Part shown: piece after piece, positions 1 to 14,529 of the stretch | Numbering within the stretch: the first letter of the stretch is position 1 | Layout of the letters: each line of letters opens with the position of its first letter | Source: the human T2T-CHM13v2.0 reference genome, Homo sapiens | Reading direction: 5' to 3' (one strand) | Length of the DNA stretch: 64,000 nucleotides | Assembly (NCBI RefSeq): GCF_009914755.1 | Contig: NC_060933.1 | Program-made: the position numbers and the translations under genes | Notes under the pieces: model-generated | Told to the model about the DNA's origin: nothing | The model's database searches: none | Seen by the model: the letters and a program-made list of their open reading frames with translations, nothing else

Positions 1-310
<310 letters not shown>

Positions 311-315
311 TTATT

Positions 316-660
<345 letters not shown>

Positions 661-954
661 TCATACAGGAAAAGCAGGATAAATGCTTGATCCTAGCATG
701 TCATCAGTTTTCTGAATAGTGAGTCAATGGCCTAGAAGGCTCCAAGAAATGACCAGTGCATGCTACTATTGTTATTACTAATTTAAAAAATACTGTAGTG
801 TAACCTGGGTAGCACTCTCAGGGAGTTTTACTATTTCTTTAATTATTGACCACACACCCTGTAGTGGTTTAATCTGAATTCACCAGGCTTCCACTGTTTA
901 TTCCTTCATAAAGCAGTTTGGAGTGGGACAGCTGATGGTGGAAGCATCTATTGG

Positions 955-1200
955 GGGTGGTTAAGTGGCCTGGCTTTGAGTTCTGGTCTATCTACATCCA
1001 AATTCTGGCTCCAGCACTTAGCAGGTGTGTGGTCTTGACTACATTGCCAAACTTCTCCAAGCTTTAGTTTCTCCCCTGTGAAAAATAGGATAATAGTATT
1101 CATATTGAGTGTTTTGGTGTTAAATAAGATAGTGGTGTATGGTGCTTAACACCCAGAGCCTGGCAGGTAGCAAGGTTAGAAAAACGGGAACTATTATCAT
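955..1200 (+). mobile_element. MIR SINE
   Basis: MIR core-like sequence (CCAAATTCTGGCTCCAGCACTTAGCAGGTGTGTGGTCTTG...AGTTTCTCCCCTGTGAAAAATAGGATAATAGTA) and 3' part GCCTGGCAGGTAGCAAG. Confidence 0.75.
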
Positions 1201-1509
1201 GAGAAGCCTCTTGAAACAGTCTTGCACCCCATAGATCCATCCAGAAACACAAGAATTCCCGCCAAATGTTAATACTTCCTCACCACCAGTCACACGGGGA
1301 CTTGGCTTGCTCCGTCTTGGATCTGAATTCAGCTGTAGCTTTATTCACCAGATCAGGCAGCTGAGCCCTCTAAACATGTCCCGAAAAGAACTCACTTTCC
1401 ACCACCCACTGTGCTCACCAATATTATTGAAGTTATTTACCATCTACTTATCTTTCTTTAAACGTAAGTTTTGATGAACTCTGTGCATAAAGATGAGAAA
1501 TATATCTGA

Positions 1510-1955
1510 TGGTTGTGGCATATTTCCCCCTCCTGCCTCGCTCTCCATCCTTTACCCTGCTCCATGCTGGAAGGCTGACCATATGGACCACATCAGTGGG
1601 CTTCCGTGTTCTCAGGCTTCTGGCTGGGTTTGGCTGATGGGAGGCACAGGCAGGGGGCCTGGAGTAAGGCTGTGGTTTGATTCCTGCAGCTCCTTCCCTG
1701 CCAGGTCATTGTGGCTTGGCTGCATTCCCCTACTGCAGGCTGCAGCTCCTGTCTGGCAGCCCTCTCTCATGCTCTCTGTAGTTTCCAGACATTTTGGCCT
1801 GTGGGAGGTAACAGCTCCCCAGCATTTCCAGCCACAGGATGGTGCATCATCTGAGGTTGCTTTTCCTAACTCCTCCCCTTGACTTTGTAAACAGTACTTT
1901 CACTAAACTCTGCTTAGAAGTCCCAATGTAAGTGTGCCACTGTGTCCTCCTGAGT
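1510..1955 (+). mobile_element. LTR33-like ERVL solo LTR
   Basis: GGAAGGCTGACCATATGGAC...GGCTTCTGGCTGGGTTTGGCTGATGGGAGGCAC motifs; clearly homologous to the copy at 52.4-53.0 kb. Confidence 0.6.
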
Positions 1956-2104
1956 GTTACAAAGTGTTTGTGATAGTAGAAGATCAAAACAACCTAAAAT
2001 AATAAAAAATCATGGGGCACTAGTTTACCAAATTATAGGGAACTAGTTTACCAAATTATGATGTAGTTATCAGATACAATAATACATAGATATCTGAATT
2101 CAAG

Positions 2105-2192
2105 TTTTGTTTGTTTGTTTTTTAGTGACAAGATCTTGCTTTGTTGCCCAGGCTGGAGTGCAGTGGTGAGATCATAGTTTACTGTAGCCTTG
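2105..2192 (-). mobile_element. AluJ/FRAM 3' fragment within an old L1 3' remnant (~1960-2420)
   Basis: T-rich tail followed by ...TTGCCCAGGCTGGAGTGCAGTGGTGAGATCATAG, then truncated. Confidence 0.7.
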
Positions 2193-2595
2193 TACATTCA
2201 AATTTTTGAAAAAATATTTAATGACAAATGCGTATAGCATAATATTCAGGGTTCTCCAATTTTGTAAAATGTAGTGTGTGTCTATGTGTATGAGCACATA
2301 GAAAAAGGTTAGAAGTTGACATTAGTTCTATATAGGATGTAGTTGAATTTAACTTAATTTGTGCTTTTTTGTTTCTTGAATTAAAAAATGAAAAGGTAGT
2401 TGAGTTTTGTAAGAATAAAATCAATACATTTTATGATTTTTACAGTATTTAAATCAGTTTTCTCGTTAATGTTGTGAATGTCAATTATAGCAACACAGAA
2501 TAGTTACTTCGGGCAGATGTTTGTTCCTATCTGTATATTGTTGTGATATTATTATGATGTCTGTAATTTACTTTAAATTACTTTAGTGTAGAGAT

Positions 2596-2702
2596 GTGTG
2601 TGTGTGTGTGTGTGTGTGTGAATGTGAAGGTATGTGTGTGTGAATGTGTATGTGTGTGTGTGTGAATGTGTCTGTGTGTGTGTGTGTGTGTGAGCGTGTG
2701 TG
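2596..2702. repeat. Compound (TG)n microsatellite with GTGAATGTG interruptions
   Basis: Seen directly. Confidence 0.95.
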
Positions 2703-3290
2703 GTTTAGTCTGAGCTATTCTCTAGAGGCTGTCAGTTTGCCTTAATCAACAGTTCACACTCCATGGGTGATCAGCATGGCCATACTCCAAAGGCATCTGC
2801 TACCTCATTTCAGTTGTCTACATCTCAATCACCATCAGAAACTTCATTAATTAACATATCAACTGTCAGAAAAGCATTTTCATGGATAAAATTTATGTCT
2901 TGTTAATCTGGATAACAGATGTTAGATATAGGCTCATTTTATTGAAATTAAAGATTTTCCAGAGGTGTGGATTGGCCAGAATATTTTAGAGACAGTCACC
3001 ACCCCAGCAAGTCCTATAGCCTGTCCTTTTAGGGGTAGCACTTGAGGCTTAGTCCCTAAGTGGTTTTGAGTTGAGCCACGGCGTGGGATGATTCTGGTGC
3101 TTTCTTTGGACAATAAGGGTGACAGAATCCTGCCTCTGGAATATTGTGGTATTTGCTTCAGGCATGAAAGGTGGGGTCAGAGCACCTAAAAAACAAAAGA
3201 GGTTGTATGATTGGTTTTATGCCTACTCACTAATAAAAATTTGTTTTATTGATATCTGTGGCAGATAGATACATGTGGCATGAGACTTAC

Positions 3291-3607
3291 TTTATTTTTT
3301 AATTAGAAAAATTTTTTTTGAGATAGGGTCTCGTGCTGTTGCCCAGGCTGGAGTGCAGTGGAGCAATCAGCTCACTGCAGCCTCTACCTCCTGGGCTCAA
3401 TTTATCCTCCCACCTCAGCCTCCTGAGTAGCTGAGACTACAGGCACGTGCCACCACACCTGGCTAATTTTTGCTTTTTTTTTTTTTTGTAGCAGTGAGGT
3501 TTTGCCATGTTGCCTAGGCTGGTCTTGAACTCCTGGGCTTAAGTGACTCGCCTGCCTTGGCCTCTCAAAGTGCCGGGATTACAGGCATGAGCCACCGAGC
3601 CCTGGCT
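3291..3607 (-). mobile_element. AluJ
   Basis: AluJ diagnostics (CTCACTGCAGCCTC, CTCCTGGGCTCAA); TSD GAGACTT(A/G)CTTT at ~3282 and 3608. Confidence 0.88.
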
Positions 3608-4595
3608 GAGACTTGCTTTCATAACAACCAGATAGCAAGGTTATGGGGGTAGCTTACCATCTCCTGGACACCTAAACTTTTTGGCCAAGACAATGATCCT
3701 GAAAGTCTTAGATGAACAAAAAAGCTTAAGTCCATTTGCAACATAGAATATTTGGACTCCAAAACACAGACACTTTCTAGAGAGGTGTTTGGAAGACTGT
3801 GAGTTGCAAAAGAGCTATTTGAGGATCAAAATAGGATGGAAAGCCAGTCAAAAATGAAATAATTAAAGAGTATGGAGCAGAAATGAGATGTTCATCATAA
3901 GTAAAAAAGTTAACTTATTGTCCATTGTGTTCTGTGACTTTGTAGAGTTCTTGGTACTTACCTGCTCCTAAGACCAGTATGTTGCAGGTAGAGAGCAAAA
4001 CAGAACAGAGCTTCAATAGGGTAGGATCTGAAGCTTGAAAATGACTGGAAGAAGATGGCAGACCCTTCCAGGTCAGAGGAGGAGCAGAATGCTTAGGAAA
4101 ATAATTTCTGGGTGGAAAGGAAAAATGTGGCTTCTGAGGATCCTTGAGTATCTTCAGGAGACAGCAGATAGAAGTTAAGTCCTCTAAGACATCAGTGCCT
4201 CCTGAAATTAAGAAATAAAACATCAGTAATGATGGGCTTGTCAAGTCTGTTTACAGGCTGAACTTGCTTAGGATTTCTCAGCATTGTCTAAAGTCTCTCA
4301 ATCCTTGTAATAACAATGGAATATGAAGTCACATATAAGCAATATTTTTATTTGCTCAAACTCTGCCTTTGTTCTAAGATATTGAGGCAGCTGAATAATA
4401 TTGCCTATATTTGAGGATACGTTTTGTGGGCTATCCTGATACACCTTTCGGATGCATTTCTATTCCAAAGGGTGTCATATGATCAGCTTATTAAACAAGC
4501 TCAACTTTTTCTCACTATTGTCCCTTTGAACTTCTCTGTTGACTCATCCTTTCCTGACCCTGGATGAAACTTTGGAAAGCTCCCTGAGCTTTTTC

Positions 4596-5662
4596 TGTCA
4601 TGCTCAGGTTAATACATTGTCTAAATTTCCAGGCATTAAGCCCAGACTGGTTGAATAGCAAACTTCAATCTTTCATCCCCTCCTGCAGCTTGGACCCATA
4701 TCAGGCGGGAGACTAGCAGTGGGGAAGGGGGTTGGGGTTGGATCACTCACTATTTTCTCAGTCTTCCACTCTTTCTCTTCTGCTCTGTTGCGCTGGCTTC
4801 TCCAGTATTAGGGCTCGAAAGGCAAAGAGGGTGAGGGGCAGAAAATGGCTCCTTTGACTGCTATAGTTGTTATTTACATTGGTGCCCTCTGGGGATGGGG
4901 CAGTGGACCAAAGCCAGTCCCTCCTCTCCAGGGCTTGTTCTTGGGTTCCTCTGAGGTGTCTTTCCTGGGGTCCTCCTACTGTAGTTCCCTAATGTAGCAT
5001 GTTCCTAGGACATCCTCTGGCCCTCAGTGACACCCTGTCATCCCCTCTGGTGGCATCACTTTATCCCTCCAGGTAACCTGAGACCTCCTCCCTTCTGATG
5101 GATCCATATCTAACACATGGGAAGAAGATATGCATTTTTGCCCTTCCACACTTTTCAAGTGGAAGCCTTTCAAGGCAGCCTTCTTCAATCTGCCACCAAT
5201 TGCTCCTCTGGCCAGCCAGCCAGCATCTCACATTTTGACAGTATCAGGTTTGGGGCAGTTCTAGATTCTGTTTTTCAAACTCCAAAGTATACCTATGAAG
5301 CTCTCTGAGACCTGAAACCCATGCTCATGTGGCTTAATATGAGAGTCACTTCCTACATTGGCAGCTGAAATAGCTCAGTTGGGGGAGCATTACACTGGAG
5401 AATGACTTCCTACTTCTTTCCCACTTCCCAGTGGGAAGGGAGGGAGAAATGCCACAGCACATCAAGTCTTTTTCTAAAAAGCTCCCACTTCCCAATCTCT
5501 AACAAATCCTCAGGCTTGTCCCACTGTGATGAGTAAAGGACTGCAGCACCTGTCTCACAATGCTTAGCCCATCCTACGTAGGTGGTCTCGTCCTATTGTT
5601 CTCGGCTGAAACTCTGTAATGAAAAGAAAGATCACATTTAATATCCTGTAACTCTAACCACA
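4596..5662 (-). mobile_element. Probable ancient LTR (LTR78-like)
   Basis: TG...CA-bounded ~1.07 kb block; the minus-strand start TGTGTGGTTAGAGTTACAGGATATTAAA resembles the recalled LTR78 5' end. Weak recall. Confidence 0.3.
5364..5401 (+). pseudogene. tRNA-Phe(GAA) 5'-half retropseudogene (tailless)
   Basis: GCTGAAATAGCTCAGTTGGGGGAGCATTACACTGGAGA matches nt 1-38 of tRNA-Phe (GCCGAAATAGCTCAGTTGGGAGAGCGTTAGACTGAAGA) at 33/38; flanked by direct repeats GAGAGTCACTTCCTAC (5341-5356) and GAGAATGACTTCCTAC (5398-5413). Confidence 0.85.
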
Positions 5663-6510
5663 CACACCCATTTGGAGGCAGTTGTGTTCCAACTGAAACA
5701 TTGCAGAGGAGTCATGATGATTAAGAGTCTACTACAATGGAAGTGGTGGATAATGCCTGTCAAGATCTACCCAGCTAACATCATTGCACTCATTGTAATT
5801 CACTGTAAAGAATTTGGAGACGTAAATCAAGCACATTAAAGACTCAGGGTTACTCGTCTTTGGGAGCTCCCTAGTGACTTCCATTTTGCATCGACTGCCA
5901 AGTAGTTTCTGTCAATATCCCTAACAAAGTTAGAGCTGTGCCAACCATCTCTCTGTTTGAGACTCGAAGCAGGCCAGAACAGGCAGCTCACTGCATGGTC
6001 TTTATAGAATATGACCTAACTCCATGGCTTTCCTGGAGGGCCAGTATGATGAACAACCATAAACAATTTCCTTATAGCTATATGTAAAATGTCAGAAGTA
6101 AAAAGCGGGCTAATGGAGAAATAGCCAGCTACCTTTAGTCTTCCTATAGACATCAAAGTTGTGAGACAAAACTGGCAATTCCAGAGACCAAAAGTAAAAT
6201 CCATTGCCTTACAACAATAACTATGGCAAGAAGAGAACATGTAACAAAGAGACCCAAAACTGAAAATTGGCACATTGCCAGTGATTGTTCTGCCTCATTT
6301 TAAGACAAATCCTATTACAAGTAGATAGTCAGATTTTTTTTTCTGGAATTTGTGATAATTGTATCTGAGCCAGAATGGAAGAAGAAACAATCAGAAATCT
6401 TTATTTTAAATGCCAAGAACAAGAACAGCAATTTAACAGCAGTAGAAAGTAGCCTTTGACTAAATTAGTCTTCCGGTCCCCCAGGCTTCCTCAAATTCTT
6501 CACAGCCTAG

Positions 6511-6708
6511 AGCAGTATTTCTCAACCTTTTATCTATTATAGCTGAATAAAGAGCTTGTTTAGACATTTTTTTCTAATCTCTTCCTGCCTATGAAATCTT
6601 AGTAACATGGATATAGCTATATATAGATGTATGAGATTGATGTTTATGTACTGTAGGTATATTTGTTCTTTAGACATAAAAAGAGTAAGATTTTTTTCAC
6701 CCCCTAGT
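6511..6708. mobile_element. hAT-Charlie-type MER fragment
   Basis: Starts TAGAG-CAGTATTTCTCAACC, typical of a Charlie TIR at an NTCTAGAN-like target. Confidence 0.5.
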
Positions 6709-7159
6709 AAAATTTCCTAGGGCTGTCATAAGAATGTACAGGCACACCTTATTTTATTGCATTTTATTACACTTTGTATATAGTGTGTTTTTTACAAATT
6801 AAAGGTTTCTGTCAACCCTCCATTGAGCAAGACGATCAGTGCCATTTTCCCAACAGTGTGTGCATACTTTGTGTCTCTGTCTCACATTTTGGTAGTTCTT
6901 GCAATATTTCAAACTTTATTATTATTATATCTGGTATAGTTATCTGCGATCAATGATCTTTGATGTTACTATTATAATTGTTTTGGGGTGCCACAAGCCA
7001 CATGCATATAAGACAATGAACTTAATAGACAAATGTTGGTGTGTTCTGACTGCTCCACCAATTGGTCATTCTTCTGTCTTTCTTCCTTTTGTTAGTCCTC
7101 CCTATCCCTGAGACACAATATTGAAATCAAGCCAATTAATAACACTGCAATGTTCAAGT

Positions 7160-8700
<1,541 letters not shown>

Positions 8701-9571
8701 GACTTTGAGCAGTTCAAGACTTCAGGGGAGGAAGTCACTGTAGACGTGGTGGAAATGATGAGAACTAAGAATTAGGAGTGGAGCCTAAAGGTGTGACTGA
8801 ATTGCTGCAATCTCATGATTAAAACCTGAATGGACAAGAAGTTGCTTCTTATGGCTGAGCAAAGAAAGTGGTTTCTTGAGATAAAATATACTCCTGATGA
8901 AGATGCTGTGAACATTGTTGCAATGACAACAAAGGATTTAGAATATTACATAAACTTAGTTGATAAAGCAGCATCCGGATTTGAGCGGATTGACTCCAAT
9001 TTTGAAAAAATTTCTACTGTGGGTAAAATGCTATCAAGGAGCATTGCATGCTACAGAGAAATCTTTCATGAAGGAAGAATCAATCAGTGTGGCAAACTTT
9101 ATTGTTGTCTCATTTTAAGAAATTGCCACAATCACTTTAACCTTCAGCAGCCACGACCTGATCAGTCAGAAGCCATTAACAAGACCCTCCACCAGCGAAG
9201 ATACTGTGAAGATATTGTATGACTTGTTGAAGGCTCACATGATGACTAGCTTTTTTTTTCTTTTTTTCTTTTTTTAGCAATAAGGCATTTTAAAATTAAG
9301 CTCTGTACTTTTAGCAAAGACAATTATATTGCAAACTTAATAGACTACAGTATAGTATAAACATAACTTTTATATACACTGGAAAACCAAAAAATTAGTG
9401 TGACTTGCTTATTATGATAATCATTTTATTGTGGTGGTCTAGAACTGAACCCACAATATCTGCAAGGTGTGCCTGTACCACAAACTTCATGACTTAAAGC
9501 AACACAGATGAATTCTCTTATGAATCTAGAGATTAGAAGTCTGAAATCAAGATGTCAGCAGGGCCATGCTC

Positions 9572-9690
9572 CCTTCCTTTCTTCCTTCTTTCCTTCCTTC
9601 TTTCCTTCCTTCCTTCCTTCCTTCCTTCCTTCCTTCCTTCCTTCCTTCCTTCCCTCCTTCTTTCCTTCCTTCCTTCCCTCCTCCCTTTTT
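9572..9690. repeat. (TTCC)n polypyrimidine tract
   Basis: Seen directly; about 120 bp pure pyrimidine. Confidence 0.95.
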
Positions 9691-9977
9691 TCCTATTATT
9701 CAACAAATATTTGTCATATGCCAACTATGTGGCAGAGACTGAATTCGGAGAATTAGGGAGATATAGGAGGCAGCTTTTAGCTGATTAAGAAAGGACTTTA
9801 TAATGCTCAGACCTTCCCAGAGACAACAATTACCATTTGTACCAAAACTTTGCAATTTACAAATTGCCTGTTTGCACATATGACCTTATTTTCCCTTCAC
9901 AGCAATGCGCAATGGTAGGCACTATTATTATCTTCATCAATCAAGAACCTGAGCTTTAACAAGAATTTTAGCCAGGG

Positions 9978-10361
9978 TAACTTAGTCAATTTTGTGCTGC
10001 TGTAACAGAATACCTGAGACTGGGTAATTTATAAACAACAGAAATTTATTCTCTCATAATTCTAGGGGCTAAGAAATCCAAGATTAAGGCACCAGAAAGT
10101 TAGAGCCCGGTTTCTCTGTTTCCAAGATGGTACCTTGAATGCTGTGTCCTCCAGAGGGGAGGAATGCCATGGCCTTAAATGGCAGAAAAGCAAAGAGAAA
10201 GAGAGGATGTCTACTCCCATGAGCTGTTTTTATAGCAGCATTAAACCATTAATGAGAGCTCTGCCTAAACACTGCCCATTAGGCCATACCTCCCAATACT
10301 GTTGTTCTGGGGATTAAGTTTTCAACACATAACTTTTTGGGGACATATTTAAATCATAGCA
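9978..10361 (-). mobile_element. MST-family (MSTC/D-like) MaLR solo LTR
   Basis: CTTAGTC...GTGCTGCTGTAACAGAATACCTGAGACTGGGTAATTTATAAAC... ending GGGGACATATTTAAATCATAGCA. Confidence 0.75.
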
Positions 10362-10960
10362 ATAATTCAGCTGCTAAATGAGGATAGGTGTTGTCTCATG
10401 TTTTTCTGGTATTAAACCTTTTGTATGACCTTTCCATTACCTAATATGCCACATCACCTATCCCTTCCCTGCTCCCTGTGTGATGGGCATACCCTATCAA
10501 TCTGTGTGTGTTTCCATTTCACTCAGACAAACTTTTTATTCAGAATGTGAATAACATTTCACATAGTGTCATTTCTATTTTTATTCTCTGTGACTTCAAA
10601 GCCAACAGCAATATGCCAAATATATTCTTGCTTTCATGCTTCAAAGGTTTGTTTCAGGAGACAGCATCTTCCACACAGGGACCATATGAATACTGGTTGG
10701 AAAACAGGTGGCTCAGTATGGCGGTCCCTCAACACTGCATTAGCTGCAACAGAAAGTTTTTCAGTCACCACACACCACCACCTCTACCTGGGAGGTGAAG
10801 TCTAGTTTGCTTTTCATATATGAGCATATTGTGTGTTGTCTTAGGGAAGGTAAAGCCACGTGTTCTGGAACAAAGCTAGTGCTTGTTACAGTGTGCCCAA
10901 GTAGCAACTATTAAGGCACTTCTTTCTCCAAAGCCAATATAAACTGGGAGAGCATTAATA

Positions 10961-11261
10961 TTTATTTATTTATTTATTTTTTGATACAAAGTTCCAGTCT
11001 TGTTGCCCAGGCTGGAGTGCAATGGCATGATCTCGGCTCACCGCAACCTCCACTTCTTGGGTTCAAGTGATTCTCCTGCCTCAGCCTCCTGAGTAGCTGG
11101 GATTATAGGCAGGTGCCACCATGCCTGGCTAATTTTGTATTTTTAGTAGAGACGGGGTTTCTCCATGTTGGTCAGGCTGGTCTCAAACTCCCAACCTCAG
11201 GTGATCCACCCGCAGCCTCCCAAAGTGCTGGGATTACAGGTGTGAGCCACCGTGCCTGGCC
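10961..11261 (-). mobile_element. AluSp
   Basis: AluSp diagnostics TCTTGTTGCCCAGGCTGGAGTGCAATGGC, CACCGCAACC, TTTCTCCATGTTGGTCAGG; (TTTA)n tail. Confidence 0.9.
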
Positions 11262-11526
11262 ATTATTATTTTTTGATAGTGGGGTTGGGGAGCTTCCTCA
11301 CTATGTTCATATTTAGCATGGAGAAATAAAAACGTCTAGGCATTATTTATTTGAAGGTAACTTAAATCATCCCTTTTTTCCTTTCCTTAATCTCATCTTA
11401 TCTTACTGAAATTCCTCAAAACTATGACTTGTGGATGACATTCTTCCTTAGCTTTCAGAGAGATGCAATTTCCCTCTATTTTAATGGTCCTTTTGTCATT
11501 ACAAAATGTAAGACCCTGCATGTGGT

Positions 11527-11870
11527 GTATCAGTCATGGAAAATTAGGTTATACTTGTGGTAATAATCTACCTCAATAAACAAAAGTTTACTTCTTGCCT
11601 GTGTCCACTGTGGGTCAACTGGGGGATTTGGTCCTCACTGTCTTTGCCATGGAACCCAAATGGATAGAGTAACCATCTAATAGGTGCAGGTTGCTGTGGC
11701 AGAGTGAAAAGGAGTGTCACAACCCATGCATTGACTCTTAAAACTTAAATTCACTGAAGCAAATCACATTACCACATCTAACTTCAGAGAGCAGGAAAGT
11801 GTAAGTCCACTGTATGCCCATGTGGAAAACTTGTGCTGTCTGCTGAAGTGAATTAGATACCTGTGCTACA
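11527..11870 (-). mobile_element. Old MLT1 (J/K/L-like) LTR
   Basis: TGTATCAGTCA...TAGGTTATACT...CAAATCACATTACCACATCTAACTTCAGAGAGCAGGAAAGTGTA motifs. Confidence 0.6.
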
Positions 11871-11957
11871 CTCGAATCGTATCTGGAAATTTCAGCATAT
11901 ATAATTTTGGCAAAAATCATGGAAAGTTCTACTAGGATTTTGTAATCTGGAGACTTA

Positions 11958-12070
11958 CAACACAGGGAGATCCCATCTCTACAAAAATAAAAAAAATTAG
12001 CCAGTCGTGGTGGCATGCACCTCTGGTCTCAGCTACTTGGGAGACTGAGGTGGGAAGATCACTTGGGTCA
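11958..12070 (+). mobile_element. AluJ internal fragment (lacks both ends)
   Basis: CCCATCTCTACAAAAATAAAAAAAATTAGCC...GAGGTGGGAAGATCACTTG. Confidence 0.75.
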
Positions 12071-12129
12071 ATATCTCCAAGTGGGTAGCATATTTGCCTC
12101 TCAAAAGCTAGCCCTTTGTTATTATCATC

Positions 12130-12480
12130 TTTCATTCACTAAACACTAATTAAAAGCATCAAGCACTGTGCTAGTGACCAAGCTAGTATGGATGCAAGAT
12201 TAATAAGACCAACTTGCCCATGAGCAGTTAACATCAAATGGAGGAGACTGTGATGCAAGTAACGATTCCATGCACATGTTAGAGATGTCTGAGAAGTGTG
12301 TCTGAGTGTCCTGGCACTGTAGACAAGGGGAGCCTACCAGTCTTTGGAGGTCAGGAAGAGCTTCTAGTGTGAAATAAAATGCACATTGAATCTTGAGAAT
12401 GACCAAATGGCTGTCAATACAGAGAAAGAGAATTAGGGGCAAAGAAGTAGAACATATAAAGACCTAGAGCCTGGGAAGAC
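12130..12480 (-). mobile_element. L2 fragment
   Basis: TTCATTCACTAAACACT...GCACTGTGCTAG...GGTCAGGAAGAGCTTC antisense L2 3' pattern. Confidence 0.5.
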
Positions 12481-13747
12481 TTTATGTTATGAAATTTGTA
12501 TAACTGGGGTCATGATGCCCTGCAGAGCTAGAAGGGCAGGCAGGATTAGCTGTCTGCCAGGGAGGCCCGAGTCTCACTCAGAACCAATTATCACAATCCT
12601 GACAGGGAAGGTTAAACAAAAATGTAGTATATATGCATGACAGCTTGCGTTGCGGCACAGAGAACGTTTCCAAAGTTTCCCTCCCTTTTTTCTCTTCTGC
12701 TCTTCTGCCTCCTGCCCAGCCTCTAATTCCACTCCCTGGGCTCTGGTTCCATTGAGCTGCTACTCCTTACAGTGAAGCTCAGGACCTCTCCATTCCTTTG
12801 GTCTGAGGTTGGAGAATCTTGGGAAGATTAACAGTGGCTCCTTGCATCCTTCAGAACAGGGCACCAACCAGAAAAATTCATCTCTCTCTTGCTAATGCTC
12901 ATTACCTTGAAAATTTAATTTTGATTCATTATTATGCTAAAGGAATTTCTTCCCATAAGGGAAGAAGACAGGAAGAGACAAACATGCGAACAATACAGAG
13001 AAGCACATCTGTTTACTTTCTGAGGAGGAGATGACGATCTCAGACATCTTTGCAGCTACATCTTTGCATTTGCTCTGCTCACAGCTGTCTCTGCCAACTT
13101 CATCTTATCATGGTAAGACAGATGAGCCCTGCTCTTGGGACAGGGATGATACAAGTTCAAGAGCTTACTTAGCCAGCTCATTCCCAAGGACAAGATTTCT
13201 GTTAGACTCTTCCATGTTGTATAAGCCAATGGTGTGGAACTCTGACTTGGGGTAGGCAGAATAAACAAAAGAAAAAGTTAGTTTTAATGTCTTGGCAAGG
13301 CATTTGGTCTTAGACCATTGGCAGTTGTTCTTTGGAATGTTGAGAAAGGCTGCAGGTCTAGTTATCCCCTGGGCAAAGGTTCTGTTCTTTTGCTTAGCTC
13401 CTGTCCTAACTAACAAGTGTTAAAGGCTGAAATGATCCTAAATGATTCTCTGTATTTTCAGCCAGGTCCCAGCTGGTCATTTTTTGTCAGTTGTGCCTGC
13501 TGAAAATGAAAAAAAAAAAAAAAAAAAATAGTGCAGCTGACCCATATTACAAAGGCTGCTGTATTCTTAGAGATTTGTTGATCTGATTTTAAAGTCCCGG
13601 AAGCTAGCACTGCATTTTGAAACGGCACATTGCTTGACATTAGATTTAAATTCATTCTGGAGTGAACTCTTCACTTCCTGCCCAGGTTCTTACCGACATG
13701 TCCTTGAAGCAGCTATCAGAGCGAGTGCCACTCACCTCTTTCCCCCA

Positions 13748-14118
13748 TGATATGGTTTGGCTTTGTGTCCCCACCCAAATCTCATCTTGAAAATTGTGAT
13801 CCCATAATCCCCACATGTTGTGGGAGGGACCTAGTGGGAGGTAATTGAATTATGAAGGCAGTTTCCCCTCATGCTGCTCTTGTGATAGTGAGTGAATTCT
13901 CATGAGATCTGATGCTTTTATAAGGGAGCTTCCCCCTTTGCTTGGCATTCACTGATTCTCTCTTCTGCTGCCCTGTGAAGAGGTACCTTCTGCCATGTTT
14001 GTAAGTTTCCTGAGGCCTTCCAAGCCATGTGGAACTGTGAGTCAATTAAACCTCTTTCCTTTATAAGTTACCCAGTCTTGGGTATTTCTTCATAGCAGTG
14101 CAAGGATGGACTAATACC
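13748..14118 (+). mobile_element. THE1 (C-like) solo LTR
   Basis: TGATATGGTTTGGCTTTGTGTCCCCACCCAAATCTCATCTTG...GGACTAATAC; 5-bp TSD CCCCA on both sides. Confidence 0.92.
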
Positions 14119-14529
14119 CCCCACATACCATTACATTGTCTTTCAGCTTGCCACTTTGCACTGTGATCAAATTATGCAGTGATTATAACTCAGTAATATC
14201 TGTTTTCAAATTTCTCCCCTCTGTGCCAGCATTTAGAGCAGCAACTATGACTCCTTTGCTTACCAGTAGGTTTCTAATTCCACCACCATGCCTGGTACAT
14301 AGTAGGTGCTCAGTAAACATTTGTTCAATAAATTTTATAACGTCTCTGCTTACAAATTTTCAATGGCTTCCCGTAGACTTCCTGCTGACTTAGGCATAAT
14401 TAAGAATCATGTTGTGTAGGGTGGGGCAGAGGGATTCAAAGGATTTCCTTGGGTCTATGACCCAAGGCTTCTTTTATTACTCCTAAATACTTACAGAATC
14501 TAATAAAACTAGGAAGGCTACTCCACCTC

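Noticed and set aside
5364-5401. Functional tRNA genes at 5364 and 48664
   Set aside because: Both lack the T-arm/B-box and 3' acceptor strand and have mutated anticodons; reported as pseudogene fragments instead.
9508-9788. Low-complexity ORFs (SFLP/RKEG repeats), also at 44425-44676
   Set aside because: Translations of TTCC/GGAA microsatellites.
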